Positions 34,777-48,900 of a stretch of 64,000 nucleotides of DNA are shown here, piece by piece. A model generated the notes under the pieces. The model saw only the letters and a program-made list of their open reading frames with translations. It made no database searches and was not told the DNA's origin. A program made the position numbers and the translations under genes. This DNA comes from Gnetum montanum. Its lineage: Eukaryota > Plantae > Gnetophyta. The stretch lies in assembly GCA_015680685.1 (NCBI GenBank), contig MNCI01001254.1, positions 67,658 through 131,657 of the forward strand. Direction: 5' to 3'. Each line of letters opens with the position of its first letter. Position 1 is the first letter of the stretch.

Positions 34777-37583
34777 ATGGCGAATCCCTGTAATGGCCGT
34801 TGTTGCATCATCATCCTTTCTGTTTTGGTAATCCTCTTCTTATTCTGCTGCCGCTGGACTACTTGCGGCAACATCCCGCTTCAATGTAATGAGAACAATT
34901 ACACAGAGGGCACAGCAGTGGCTAAAAACATAAAGACTCTGCTGGATAATCTGGCAAAGGCATCAAAGGAACCTGCAGCATTCAACATCTCTGCTGTTGT
35001 TGGCCAAGGAAATAATAACACTGTTTATGGCCTCCTCCAATGCAGAGGAGACCACACTGCAAATATGCGCTTCAACTGTTCACAGAACGCCAAACAAGTG
35101 ATTCAAACCAATTGCAGTCGCAGTTTGGGAGTTAGCATTTGGAATACTTATTTCACGGGAACGCTTGAATCCGACGGCAATATTGCGTCGCTTTAAAACG
35201 TGGCCAACGCGAGAGATCCTGAGAGCTTCGACAATACCAAACAGAAGCTGCTCAGGAATCTGGTTGCAAAGGCCATCTCAGATCCGCGCACCAGATAAGA
35301 CAGCAGTTCAACCCAAGACAGTTTCTACACCATTTACGGTCTGGTGCAGTGCTGGCGAGATCTTCCTACATATGAATGCACCGTGTGCTTGGACTACAAC
35401 CTTGGGTTGCTGTTGGGCTTTGCAAAACGCAAGATAGGAGGCGTATCTGTTGACAAACATTGCTTTGCTGAATTTGAAGTCAGCTCCTTTTTTGCTGCCC
35501 CTGCCATTAATGGTGCTCTTGCTCCTGCTCCTGCTTCTGTGGTAAGATGAGCATTTTTTAATTAAAAATTGCATTTCATGGTCATGTTAGTTTAAAATAT
35601 TTGGGCGACAGCCTAAGGCTTAAGGTCTACTGTGTGTGTTTTTTGTTTTTCTTTTCTGGATTATATGATTATATCTAAAATTGCCGGGAGCCTGGGCCTG
35701 TATTTTCACTAAAAATTTGCACCTTTACAAGATTGGCACAGTGAATTTGCAAGCAAGGAGCAGAGGATCTTGTTAATAATCCTTTAGCAAGAATATATGT
35801 TTCAGGCCACTATAGATATTTGTCAATCTGGTTCTTCTCACTGGATTTGACTTAATAATGGACTGAAAAGTTCTGGTGCTGCAGGTGGATGTAATAAAAT
35901 GAGCAACAATGTAACGGCAATCGTAGGAGGCGGTGCAGGGGGCTTTGTCCTGCTGCTTCTCTTTTTGGGAGGATTCCTTCTTCTTCTTCTCACCCGTAGA
36001 AGGAATGCAATTTCTCCTGGAGGACAACCTCATCAAACCAGTATGTCTTGGGCATTGGTTTCATCCTTGGTTCTCTGTTTGATGTGCTTGGTTTGAACAG
36101 AATTTTGAACTTTATTTGTGCATGTATTGTGATTATTATCCATGAAAACAGGGACTTCAAGCCCACAGCAAGAGGAGTAGGAAGATCTTGTTAATGAACA
36201 TAATAATATCCTTTTTACTGCAGAAGAGCTCAGACTTGCCACAAATAATTACGATGATGAACTCAAACTTGGGGAGGAAGGATTTGGCTCAGGTTATAAG
36301 GTCAACTCTCCCTAGCTCTTTCCAAAACAATCTTAATTGGCACAAAAATATTTTCTCAAACAAGTAGTTTCTACTCTCATTTTACAGGGAACTCTCCGAA
36401 ACGGACAAAACGTAGCAGTGAAGAAGCTTTCCCAAAGTTCCTTGCAAGCTAAACATGAATTTATGAATGAAATCAAGCTTATGATGAATGTTCGGCATAG
36501 AAATCATGTGAAACTTTTAGGATGCTGTATTGAAGGTTCTCAGAAGATTCTTGTTTAGGAGTATCTCTACAACAGTAGCCTTGACAAATTCCTTTTTGGT
36601 AAGGCTTCATGAAGTATCTTGGGTTAACATGCTTCTCATTTACCTTGTTGGGCCCTGTTCCAGGGTTTTCATTTTAAGAAATCATCCTCTTGTTTTTCTA
36701 ACAGAAAATACATCATACATCTTAATTGGAGATGACGTTTTAACATAATCCTAGGGGTTGCTAAAGGACTACTGTACTTGCATGAAGACTCTAATATCAA
36801 AATCATTCATCGAGATATCAAAGCAGCCAACATTTTACTGGACCAGAAGTTCCAACCAAAGATTGCAGATTTTGGTTTAGCAAAGTTATTCTCTAACACA
36901 CAGTCTAGAAACCCGGTAAATATTCAAGATCAAAATAATGATTTAATAGAAAATAAAAGTAATTAAATTAGGCTAGCAGTAGATAAAATATTTTCCTTAT
37001 GATTGTAATCATTATCAGTGGATACATGGCACCAGAGTATGCAATGCAAGGACAGTTATCCATTAAGGTAGATGTCTATAGTTTTGGTATTCTTCTTACA
37101 GAAATAATTTGTGGAAGAAGTAACAATAACATTGACTCGTTGATTGGGCAAAGTACACTAGCAGAGGTAAACTCGGCTCTTTAGATCTAAAGCTTGCATT
37201 AAACACTGTTAGTGTTAACTTTTAATTCAGATTTTAAAAGTCATTACAGAATTTTTTTTTTACTTTTTTATGTCAGATATGGAAACTGTTTCAAGAGGGC
37301 AACATTTGTGATATAGTTGATGCAAGCATAAAATTTAATTGTGTTCAAGAACAAGCAATCAGGTTCATAAATGTAGCGCTTCTATGCACGCAAGCAAATG
37401 TAGAGTTACAACCACCAATGTCAAGAGTGTTGTGTATGGTTTTGGATGCCTACGTCACTTTGCCATATCCAACCATGCCTCCATTTGTGAATTTTAAGTC
37501 ACTCTGATTCCAGCTCTGGGAACGGGGATTACACACCCACAATACCCAGTGGTTCAGAATTAAGTTTAACACTCCCTCGATAT
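34777..37583 (+). pseudogene. CRK: CRK pseudogene (paralog of 1525-4341)
   Basis: Same exon structure with two DUF26 domains (the second is VQCWRDLPTYECTVC). In-frame stops at 35194, 36178 and 36556, a deleted exon-2 acceptor, deletions in kinase exon 5, and the terminal TAG changed to TAT. Confidence 0.92.
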
Positions 37584-39921
37584 CATCATGTTAGTGTGCC
37601 CAATAAGTTAAGCCGTTTGTTTGAAGGATACGTGTTCTTTCCAGTTTGGAAATTCACATTTCTTTCAAAGTTTGAAGAATACATGGAAATCAAGTGACGA
37701 TTGAACAAGTGCAATGTAGCATTGTAGTGGTCCTAAGTGGGCACGCTTTTTTTTTTTTTATGTTCCTTTTTACGTTGTGGACGATGGGCGATGCAGTCCG
37801 TCCTTATCATTGATTTATGGACAACTTCAAGATTCGTAGATCAAATGCATGAACGATTTCTATTGAAATTGAAATATCAAGGGTTTCTTTTTCCTTGTAA
37901 TATGCAAGTACAATCTATAAGTTTGTTCATTGCTGAGATAATTCAGGTGGATGTGAGTGATGAATGTGGCATTTTAGCAGGCCGTACGATATTTACCCTT
38001 CTTTGTTACATACTTTCATATGATCAAATTTGATTTATTTGTTTAATATACAAATTTGTACGTTAAAAGTTAAAATTTAAATCACATGGCCAGGGACTAT
38101 CTTTTGGATGGGCTTGAGGGTACAAAAGAACAACAATCTATTCTGACTAAAGCTATGCTAGTCCACTTTGATGGACTAATAATTTTTCATAGGGACATGA
38201 TTATGATGCTTACTTTGTTGGCTTAGCTTGCTTTGCTGAATAATTTTTAGATTTAAGAGCAAGAATGTATAATGATGTAAAGCCTGGATCATGAGACTTC
38301 CTTTATATAACAGTTTCATCCTTTCATATATATACATATAAAATCTTCTATTAAAAGAAAACTGTAATTAAGGAAGGTTATCACGATGCTCATGATGTTT
38401 TCCTAAGTGGAGATTATAATTATCATGTTACAACCACCTTTCCTTCCAAACAGAGATGTTATAGTATTACAACAACAAAACTCAATTACATAATAGAAAA
38501 TATATAGTGGCCAATGAGACTTTTCAAACTTCATGAATTTATGAGGGCTATAAGATTATAAGATAGGTATTATTTGTTCATTTGTAAAACAGTGGAGATC
38601 GGTTCATTGTGCTATTGGTGATGAAAACATCATGAGCTAAAAATTTTGTGAGTTGTTGCTCTTGTAAGTTTGTCCATTAAAGTGGCATGGAGTGTTTATT
38701 AAAGATGGCAGTGGAGGAATGTTACACTTTCATTTTAGATTTAGTGGGCAACTCTAATATACCATGGCCTATCTCTAAGTGCATAAGGAGTTATTGTAAA
38801 TTGTGGTAATAGCCTAATCATAGTACTTAATAATGTACAATGAGTCTTCTAAGTACTTATGATCCCTTTGTTGAGCACATAGAGTTATAAGTAAACTAAA
38901 TCTCATATGAGTACTTATCATATTCTATTGTAGGTAAAGTCTAACTAGTATTGTTTCTGGTTCTCTTTTGTCTTCATAATTCCTTATTATTGTGTTTCGA
39001 CCATCTATATCACTAGGTTGAGTTCATAAGAACTTATTGTATTTCAATGGTGTTGTCCCTTTCTCTAGTAATGCTACAACTTTTACATTGTCCAAGAGCC
39101 TTTTAGCATTGTGAGTTCTCGAATGAACTTATACCATAGTTAGGGATTTGCTTTTACATGGGTTAGTCCATGTTAGTTTTCTTCAATAATCCATAGCTAG
39201 GGAACGACAATTATCATCAACTATCTTCTTCTTGGAACTTGGCTTTGTGAATTCTTTTCCTTTGCCTTCTTGACTTTTACATTGCCTTTTTGGCTTTGTG
39301 AAAATTTAATGACTCAGAGTGCATACATTGCCTTTAATGGTAAAATTTACTCTACTTATTACATCATGTGGGATGATCATTTCATTTTCTTTAACTTACT
39401 TTATTGTACATATTGACTACCAATCGAGACTCTTCCTTCCTATTCGTAATTAATAGTAAAGTACAGATGTTTGAATTTCTAATGCTACTTGGTTCTCTCC
39501 TTACAGTGGGGCTAGTTGTTTATAATATGTAATTTGCTTATGAATCATGTTGATTATAAGAATGAAATGGGATTGTGATTAGCTTACATCCTTTTATTAA
39601 AGTAGGATCAACTTTAATGTTTAATGGCCTATAGTTTTAAGATAGAGTAGAAATCATTTGAATTTGATAAAATCTCTTGGTAAAATCATCTTCTTATTTT
39701 AATACTTCTTCATTTCTTTTCTCTTTTTATTTATACATGTCTTTTCTTTCTTGTTCATTTGGTACTAACATTACTTCATTTGAGTTATGAGTTATGAATC
39801 AATATCTATATTTAAATGTATGAGTTATTATAAACTTGAATAATAGACTAATTATAGAATGTAATAATTCCTATGATTTTAAGTACCATAAGTCTCATAA
39901 GTGCTTATGATCCTCTATGTT

Positions 39922-42900
39922 TGATTAGTAGTGGGTAGTTCCAACACACAACCATATGAATCATAAGCATTGCACTAGCAATCTAGTTAGATTCCATGGA
40001 CTTAGTTCCTAAATGCACTAATGAGCAAACATAATAACCTAGAGATGTGATCATTATCTTCTTGGCTTTTCTTGTGTAAGTGTAAGTGTATAGTTAAGTG
40101 TAAGCCAAGGCATATGATTTATATTTATATTTACATTTTATTTTATTTTATCTAAGTGTAAAATAAGAGAATTAATTAAGGATTAACTACTTAACTATCT
40201 AGTGTCTTAATCTAGTTATCCTAACATAAGCATCCAAGCCCACTTTCTGTGCACATTCTAAACTTGCTCTAACGCTATTGGGTTACCAAGTGCCTATTGT
40301 TGGGGGTACCAAAAAACCACTACTGGGATTACCAAATGTTAAGTGGTATGCTTGAAGTGGTCGTACTTATGTGTTGTTATTAAATTCATTAACTTATCAC
40401 TAACATTATTGAAAAAATGCATGAGTAATAAAGTGCACAAAAGAAAACATTAATATATTCTTAAGTATTCTAAGAAAATCCAAGAATCTCATCTTTATTG
40501 TTGACACATCAAACTATTTAGGTACATTGATGCTCAAATAAGGATCCGTACAATCCTTGAACTTCTACTACCAGCACTGAAAATATATTCCAATTCTAGG
40601 CTCAGAAAACTACAAGACTTCAACTATGCTATGGACTTAACATACCATAAATGTAGTGGGTACATGCATTTATATCACCAAAGAAAAATAAAACACCCAT
40701 GCATCTACGTTGACACATCTAATCATGCATCAATGGGGCTACATCAACGGGGATGTGTCAACACATGCTAGTTGACACAACCCATCAAGTGATTCATCAT
40801 ACCCCTGTGACTAAATGAAAACTCATCCTCGAGTGAACAAAAATTGGATCAAGCTTCTTACAAAGTTGGAAAGGTATGAAATTGTGAACTTATTGACTCT
40901 AAGTGCTAGATTGTACAAAATTATAATAATTACAAAAATGGGTGTTCAAAACAACAAAATTAAACACCCCTACACAAATGAACTACTGGAACCCTCTAAT
41001 TTTTGAAGACCAGATGAAGATCACATAGTGCTAGAAGGTGGAGGCTCTTGGGATGTGAAAGGATCCTCACCAAGCTTTGATGCTCATGGCGGTGGTAGCT
41101 CAAATTGAGGTTGTGGTTGCGGTTGTCCTACTGCAACTATTGCTTTGGTGGAAGGTGAAAGGCATCAAGCAGTGCCTTCATCTTCTCCTCCTTACTCTAT
41201 GGATCATACACAATCCACATAGCTTTACTAATGTGGGCCGGTATGGGGACGTCCCATAGACAAGGCATTGTTGGGAAAAATTTCTTAACCTTGACAAAAC
41301 ATGCTATGAATTATTTACATTTGATGTCAAATGTCTTTACAAGGTTCTAAAATTCATGGTAGTTGTTTATCCTTCTAGTAAAGTTCTCAGTGATTGATCA
41401 TTAATTAGTAAATCAACTCCTAAGAACTTGAAGCTCTACAGTAGCTGTTTCCAACTTTTGCTTGGTGTCCTTCTGATGCTTAAACTTAGCCTCATAGAGG
41501 AGGTATGGCTAGCCTCTTACTTTTCTAACTCTGACCTTGGCATTTTAGTTGTCAGCATCACCAAGTTTTCATAATGAAGTTTGGAAAGCTCTATGTATTC
41601 TATTAGTTCTTTAATTTGCAACTCTTTCAAGTGAATCTCTACTTTAAAGTAAGCATTCAATTTGTCAAAGATTGATTACCATACATTGGCTCTCTACTGG
41701 AGTTTCCAAAGGGCCTCATTCATTTTCACCTTCTCCAATTGAATTTCTTTTTCATTTACCTCCTTGAGAAGTCCTACGTGATCACTATAGTGATTTTTTA
41801 CTCATTCAAACTTCAAGGCCTTATTTTTCCAACAACTACCTTAATGGCCTTTTTCTAGCAAAGTGCCTAGACTTTCTCCATTGATAAATTCCTAGTCTTA
41901 ATTGTCAACCTCCTTAGGTCCATGTTCATATTGGCGAGCTACTTTTGTTGCTATCTCACAAATTCAACCATCTAGACTTTTTGCTCCTCGACATTGCACA
42001 AGTGGTGGATGTGTCTGGTCAAAGTTAGGTTCTCCCTATGGACTTGCACCAAGTTGTTATTAGTGTGGGTAGCAATTGCTTTCGATAAGGATGCATCAAA
42101 GATTTCCATATTCCTGGCATTCTTAACCTCTTTTAATTAGTTCTGAAGCTACAAGAAAGCTTCATCCCATGTAATGACTTGGCTAAGAATGGTAGAATTG
42201 GCCAAGAGAGCTTTCAGTTTTGCAACTCGATAGCCAACTGCTAATTTTTAGTAGTGGTTGTCTCAATTTGAACATTTGTAATGATGATCTTACCCTTGGT
42301 GTCTAGAATCTTTGACTAGATAGCTATGATTCTTCTTGGAAGATCAAAGATCTCCAGAAGTAGTTACCCAGTTCCTACTAGTTGGTCCAATACTTCTTCA
42401 TGTTTGGCTATGCTTAGCCTCCCACTTGCTACTCTTGTGGAAACTTGCACATCGCTAAGTGTAGCAATTCTAGCATAGCTACTATAGAAGTTTTGAGAGC
42501 CTTTGGTACTCGATCAGCCACCATCATTGCCATTATTTCCTCTTCATGATGCTACATCACTAGGACAGTTACCTCCTCCCCCTACTCTAGGTGCATTAAG
42601 AAAGTAACAACATTTCTAGAGATCTCCAGGAAACCTATTGTCTAGGGATGGACACCATCACTTCCTAGGCACTTAGATTGAATCTTGTGGGTATCTACAT
42701 GCATTATGTTAAAAATAATGAAGTAGTCTCTTCGAGTTAGCTTACTGTCTTGGTTACTTCGTTAAGATGGTTCAATGCTGGCTAGTAGACTAATGGCTCT
42801 CCACCTCTTGCTTCTTCCTCCTACTACTATAGGGTTGTTCACAAAGCTTTCTCATGCATTCTATGGCTTCACAAGCCTTTGGCATTATTTCTATAGCGGA

Positions 42901-45900
42901 TGGTGGTGGTGGCCTCTCCTCTTCAAGTAGCTTGACAAGTGCTTTGTCCTTCATCATTTCCTATCAAGATGTAGTAGGAGCATGATGGAGCATGTAATTT
43001 GTGTAATGAGCTATATCTTCCCTTTCCCATTATTTTCTAACTAGGTATGGAAAGGAGAGTGTCTTCCACCCTCACTCATTCTCTTTGAAATGTTCTTCAA
43101 CCTCCAAGAAGATGAGTTGGCAAAGGTTGACCAGAAATTTTTCACTTAGAGTAGCACATGCATAAGCAGAGAAGTTAGTGACCTTGCATAGCCTCACTAT
43201 TAGGTTTAGATGATAGGTTGCAATCTTAAAGTAGATTCTCTCCACCTTGGTAACTGCACTGTACTCCTTACGGTTCATCCCATAACACTGTTGGATCCAT
43301 TCCTTTTTAACTTATGGATTTGCTTGTGTGGGAATCTCTACCAATGTTGCCCTGATGTTAGCTAGTTCGAGGACCTCTGCAATGGCCTCAACCAAATAGA
43401 ACATGATGATGTATTTGGCACAATCTACAATCACAAACATAGCCAAGGATTTACTTTGATACTTGTACCTATTTGGGCTAGTTACACTTAGGCTAATTCA
43501 TGATCATGGTAGATATATTATTTCACTATTATTTTATTATTATTTTATTCCATTAGCTACCCAAGTTTGTTAGTGAGGTTTAACTTATGTGGATTGGTGA
43601 ATTTTAATATTATTTTATTAGTTAAACAATTTAGAAGTTAGAAACATTTCAAAAAAAATTTCATCATAAATCATAGGTTTGTGATCCTCACAATGTAAAG
43701 CTCACCTCTAGTAGCTCAAGGGTCAAAGAACAAGTTGAATTGGACAAGCGGTTAGGAAGTTATGGTGTCAAGAATGTTTTAGGCTCTAAAAATTGCAAAA
43801 CTCCTCTAACGTTATGATGCAAATGTGAAATTTTGGTTAAGTCCTATCATGTATTTATACTATTTTTTTTGTTATGTCAATGCATTAAGCTATGTTGACG
43901 AGGATGCATAGACATAGCCAAAGATAAAAATTTTCACATTGAAAAAACCATGGAAAGAAAAAGAGTTTTGCCATAGAATTGAGATCTAAAGGAAACTAGA
44001 AAAGCCTAGAATAAGGAGAAATAAGTGAAGAGGGCTAGGAATATGTTTCGAAAGGAGACGTGGTAGGAGGTAAATTACTAAGGACTGTAAAAACTAGATG
44101 CTCTGAGGTGGAAAACAAATATTTTGAAAGAAAAATGACTAGAGGAAAACCATCCTAACCAAAGAGGATGTAAGTGGATTCTTCCCATAGCAAGCTCATG
44201 CACTTAATGCCCTTGCATGTCCTCATACTAAGGAATCTGTGAGCCTCAATGATGATTAATGGTAATGAATTGTTAAAAATTGAATCATAGAAGAAACCAT
44301 CAAAGAATTAAGATTTCTTAAAATGAACCCTTTAATAAAACATGATAAGAGACAATGAAATGGTAAATGAAAAGAACTGGAGGATGAGAGAGAGAGTATG
44401 GAATGGAGTTTTGCATCATGGTCACATGAAGTCCCTTGTCGATGATGTGATTAATATGACCTAATAATATTTCATCCTTAGTTAGAGTCAAGACCATCCA
44501 CTTTCAATGACTTCGCATTGGCAAATTAAGACTATTCCACTCCCAAAGTACAGGAACATCACCAAAGATCACTCACCATTCCAAAGAAAGAAGAAAAAAG
44601 AAGTAGGAAGTGAAGAGGCCCTTAGTTAAAGGGTGCCTTCGGGTATGGGTAACATATCTTTCTATCCCCATAATCAGTGCTTATGATCCATTATTATGTC
44701 TAAGGGGTGTGCTTTGAATTTCCATAGTTTTTTTTTCATATGGGAACCACAATGCAAAGACATTACTTTCTATTTATTAGTCAATGTAGGAATGATGAGG
44801 AATCAACAAGAATACTCATGAAACTCCATATGGTATGTGGGTACAAAAGGTGACAAATCCCCTTGAAGCCACACCCTTCTTCATCCACTTGATTGTTCCA
44901 AGTCTAGAAAGTACCAAGGTCACAAATTCATTGTAAGTTATTATTAAGAAGGAACCTCATACTTCTGAAATGAGAAAACACCGTAGAGGTATGTGGAATA
45001 GGTGGATGATGTGAACTCACTACCTGATATCATGAGAAAACCATTGTTTCATTAATCAATGTCAAAATTCTAGGATGAAATCTAGTCATTTGGAATGAAG
45101 TAAATAATACAATTTAATAAACCACCATCAATAAGCAGTTGTGTTTGGCACCAAAGTCATAATGGTAAAAAAAGAAGACACATAAGAAATGTCCAAATAA
45201 GGAAAAAATATAAAAAAAATTGTAAAATATTCAAGAATATGATATATGTATAAATAACAGTGTAAAACAAAAAGGCTAAAAAATTGAGGAGAAATTCATA
45301 TAATTATTAGCATGATGGCCATCTTTTCCATGATTGAGTTGGAAAGAAAAGATCCAAAAGATTGAGCCTACATGGTCATCAGATGAGGCATTCTTTTCAC
45401 TATTTTTTTTTTGCTTCAAGGAAAGGTTTAAGTTATTGGTTGTTGACCAAAAGTATCTTACTTGAGCTATTAGGATGGTATATCATCATGGCCCCAAATG
45501 GGAGAGTTTTATATATGATGTAAGGTCCCTTCCATAGCTTTTGAAATTTGGTACATTGAGATACATATGTGGAGTTTTAGTAGAGCACCTTATCTCTTGG
45601 TAAAAATGTTAATTTGCATATCTTAAGGTCATGACATTGTTTGTTATGTGCCTTGTTCACTTCATTCAATGATAAGTCCACTAATCTATTCTCGTGTTGA
45701 GAATCATTAGTAGCTCTCTTTGGGCTAGACTTAAGTCCAAGTCAAGGTTACAAGCTATTGAACATATACAGAGCTCAACTTGGATGGGCAATGCTGGAAG
45801 TTTTTTGTACATGAGATCATAGGAGAAATACCTAATAGGAAGTTTCCATGTTGAACGATAAGCCTAAAGGAGATCGTTAAGTTTACTACTCCAGTCCTTC

Positions 45901-48900
45901 CTATATTTACTAACTATTCATGTTATTATTTTAGTAATTTCCCTAGTAGTGACCTCAACTTGACCATTATCTTGGGGGTGGTATGAAGTTGTTAATTTAT
46001 GTTCAACACCCAAGTGTTGCATGAGCTTTCAAAATTTGGTACCTATAAAGTGTGTTCCATTATCAGAAATTAGTGTTGGTGGTACACCAAACTTATTGAC
46101 AACATTTTATTATACAAATCTTGCCACTGTAGAGGATGCATAGACAAGGACGGCAGCAACTTCAGCCCATTTGATATAGTAGTTAATAGCCATGATGATG
46201 TAAGCCTTTCCATTTGACATAGGGTTGATGGACCTCATGAAATCAATCCCCTAAAGATCAAAAGGTTGTAGTTGTTGGATCCACTATTGCGGCCCTTCCA
46301 TGCATGTGGTCATCCCTTCATCATATTGGCATCTATCACAAGAATGAAAGTAGTGATGCACATGGGCTAGTAATATCCTACCATGAGGATCTTAATTTCC
46401 ATCCTCCTCCTAGCATAGTGGCTCCTACAAGGGCCTTCATGTGCATCCTAGAGGACTTGATGTTGATCTGCATCAAGGACACACCATTGAACAAAGCCAT
46501 CTGCACAACTCTAATAGAGGTTTCCCTTGATCTTCATGAAGTGTTTGGCCTGATGGAAAAATTGTTGCTTCTTCTTGTGATCCCATTCTTATGGCATTTT
46601 TTTGAGTGAGTATATAAGTGAGGATGTTATCATGCCAGTTTATTTCCTTAGGAGTTTGATAATTAATAGCACTAGCAAAGAAGATTTCATTAGGAAATTG
46701 ATCACATAGTGGGCTCTCATCCTTTTTGTGGTTTCATCTCAATCAAGACAAGTGGTTAGCTACCACATTCTCGGTCCCTTTTTGATCAACCATCATTAAA
46801 TCAAATTCCTAGAGGATCACGAGTCATCGTATGATACAAGGGCTCACCATTAGCTTATTCATCAGAAATTGTATGGCATTGTGATTAGTGTGTATAAACA
46901 CTTTGTATTAAAACACATAGTGCCTAAATTTCTCTAACATGTACGCCACTATCATAATTTCCTTTTTAGTAATGGTGTAGCTAAGTTGTGCACCCATAAT
47001 GCTTCCACTTGCATAATGGATGTAATTTGGATGTTTTTGATCATCCATCTATGTAAGCACAACCCCCAAGACATAATTGGATGCATCTATCATGATTTGA
47101 AATGGCCTAAACTAGTCTAGTGCTCATAGAATCATAGTTTCTATGAATTTCTACTTTATTTGTTAGAATGCATTTTCACATTCCTTGGTTTGAACAAATG
47201 GTGCATCTTTCTTGGTAAGCTCTACCAACAGCTTGATGATCTTCAAGAAGTTTTTGATGAAGCATTAATAATAACCAATGTGGCCAAGGAATGACCTCAC
47301 ATCCTTCACTATTTCTAGTTGTCTAGTTATTCCTTGGATGACCCTTATTTTTTTTTGTCCACCTCAATCCCTTTATTTGAAATTTAATGTCCCAAGACAA
47401 TGCCCTATTGGACCATGAGGTGGCTCTTCTACCAATTGAGCCTTAGCTTTGTCTCCATACACTTTTTAAGAACTTGCTCAAGGTAGTCTAATGCTTACCT
47501 AAGTGTAACCTCATAGGTAGAGAAGTCATCCATGAAGACTTCTACCTTGCTACTAATCTATTGCTAGAAGATGCTAAGGACCAATCATTGAAATGTGGTG
47601 GGAGTATTGCATAAGCCAAAGGACATCTTTCAATATCAAAAGTTCCGCAAGGACTTGTGAATGTTGTCTTGGCCTAGTCTTCTGGAACAATCTAGATTTG
47701 ATTATAGCCACTATAACCATCTAGGAAGCTGTAGTAACAATGCCCCATTATGGTATTAAGTACTTAATCCACAAATGATAAAGGGAAATGATCTTTGTAG
47801 GTTGGCATATTTAATAGTTAAAAGTCTATATAGACTTTCCACTTTTTTCTCTTCGTTGGCACAATACAAGTGGGATAACCCACTCACTATTCACAATTAG
47901 ATAAATGAATCTAGCTTTGAGGAGTTGTTCAATCTTCTCTTTGATGATCTACTTGAGTTTTTGGTTCAAGCATCTTTGTGGTTGTCTCTTTGGTTTGATG
48001 GTGAGGTCTATATAATTTCTATGTTGGCATATCCTAGGATCAATTCTTGTTAACTTAGGATATAACAAGCAAAGGTTATCGGCCATTTGTTCACAACTTC
48101 CAACAATTTCCTTTTTTGTTTTGGAGTAAATGTGACATTGATAATTCAAGGGGCTCTTGCTTGAAAGTTTCAAGGATATCAAACTCTCCCTAATCAATCT
48201 CACTTTGGACATCAAAGAGTCGGTGATGGAGCTACTCTAACTTATCCATGTCTTCATGATAGAAGCTAGTGAGGCTCTTTGCTTTTTCCATGCATATTAT
48301 GAATCTAACCTCATTTTTTATTGTCAACCAATAAGTGCCCTCCTATTTAGTGATTGCTACATATAGGTACCTTTAAATCTTTATGATCTTTTCATACTAA
48401 CTACATGCTTGAAGTGATGTGCCTTTGGTGGTTCATAGTCTTTGCATGCAATGGCACCTTGTGTCACTATACGCGATGCATGGAACTCTCTTCTTCTTGA
48501 TTTTTCCAAATTCATTTTTCTTGAAAATCTCCAAGAAAAGGTCTTTGATTCCCAACCTTACATCTATAGTACTTATCCATGCTTTTCCCATGATGATAGG
48601 AAAGTCCCCTTTGTTGTTTTCCACATGGGTCACCAAAAAATTAGCAGGATATGACCACCCACAAATGGTGGTCATGATGTGCTCCACCAATTCTAAAGGA
48701 ATAGTGATGGATTGATTTTCCTGCTCTAGTATGATGTTGCTTTTTTTTAAGGGGATAGGTTCCAAGCTTTGTACATCTCCTATGAAATTAAGTTAACTCC
48801 AAAATTTTAATCCAAAAGAGCCTTACATGGTTCATTTCTAATGATCTGCAAGTAAATAAAAGGACTCCCAAGATGAGATCTCTTCTTGGAAAGAAGGTCT

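Larger units (their letters stand above)
32520..39278 (+). repeat. Segmental duplication copy B, paralogous to 795-7087
   Basis: Collinear homology. It carries an extra insertion at 33300-34743 and lacks the equivalents of 5271-5380 and ~5408-6335. Confidence 0.9.
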
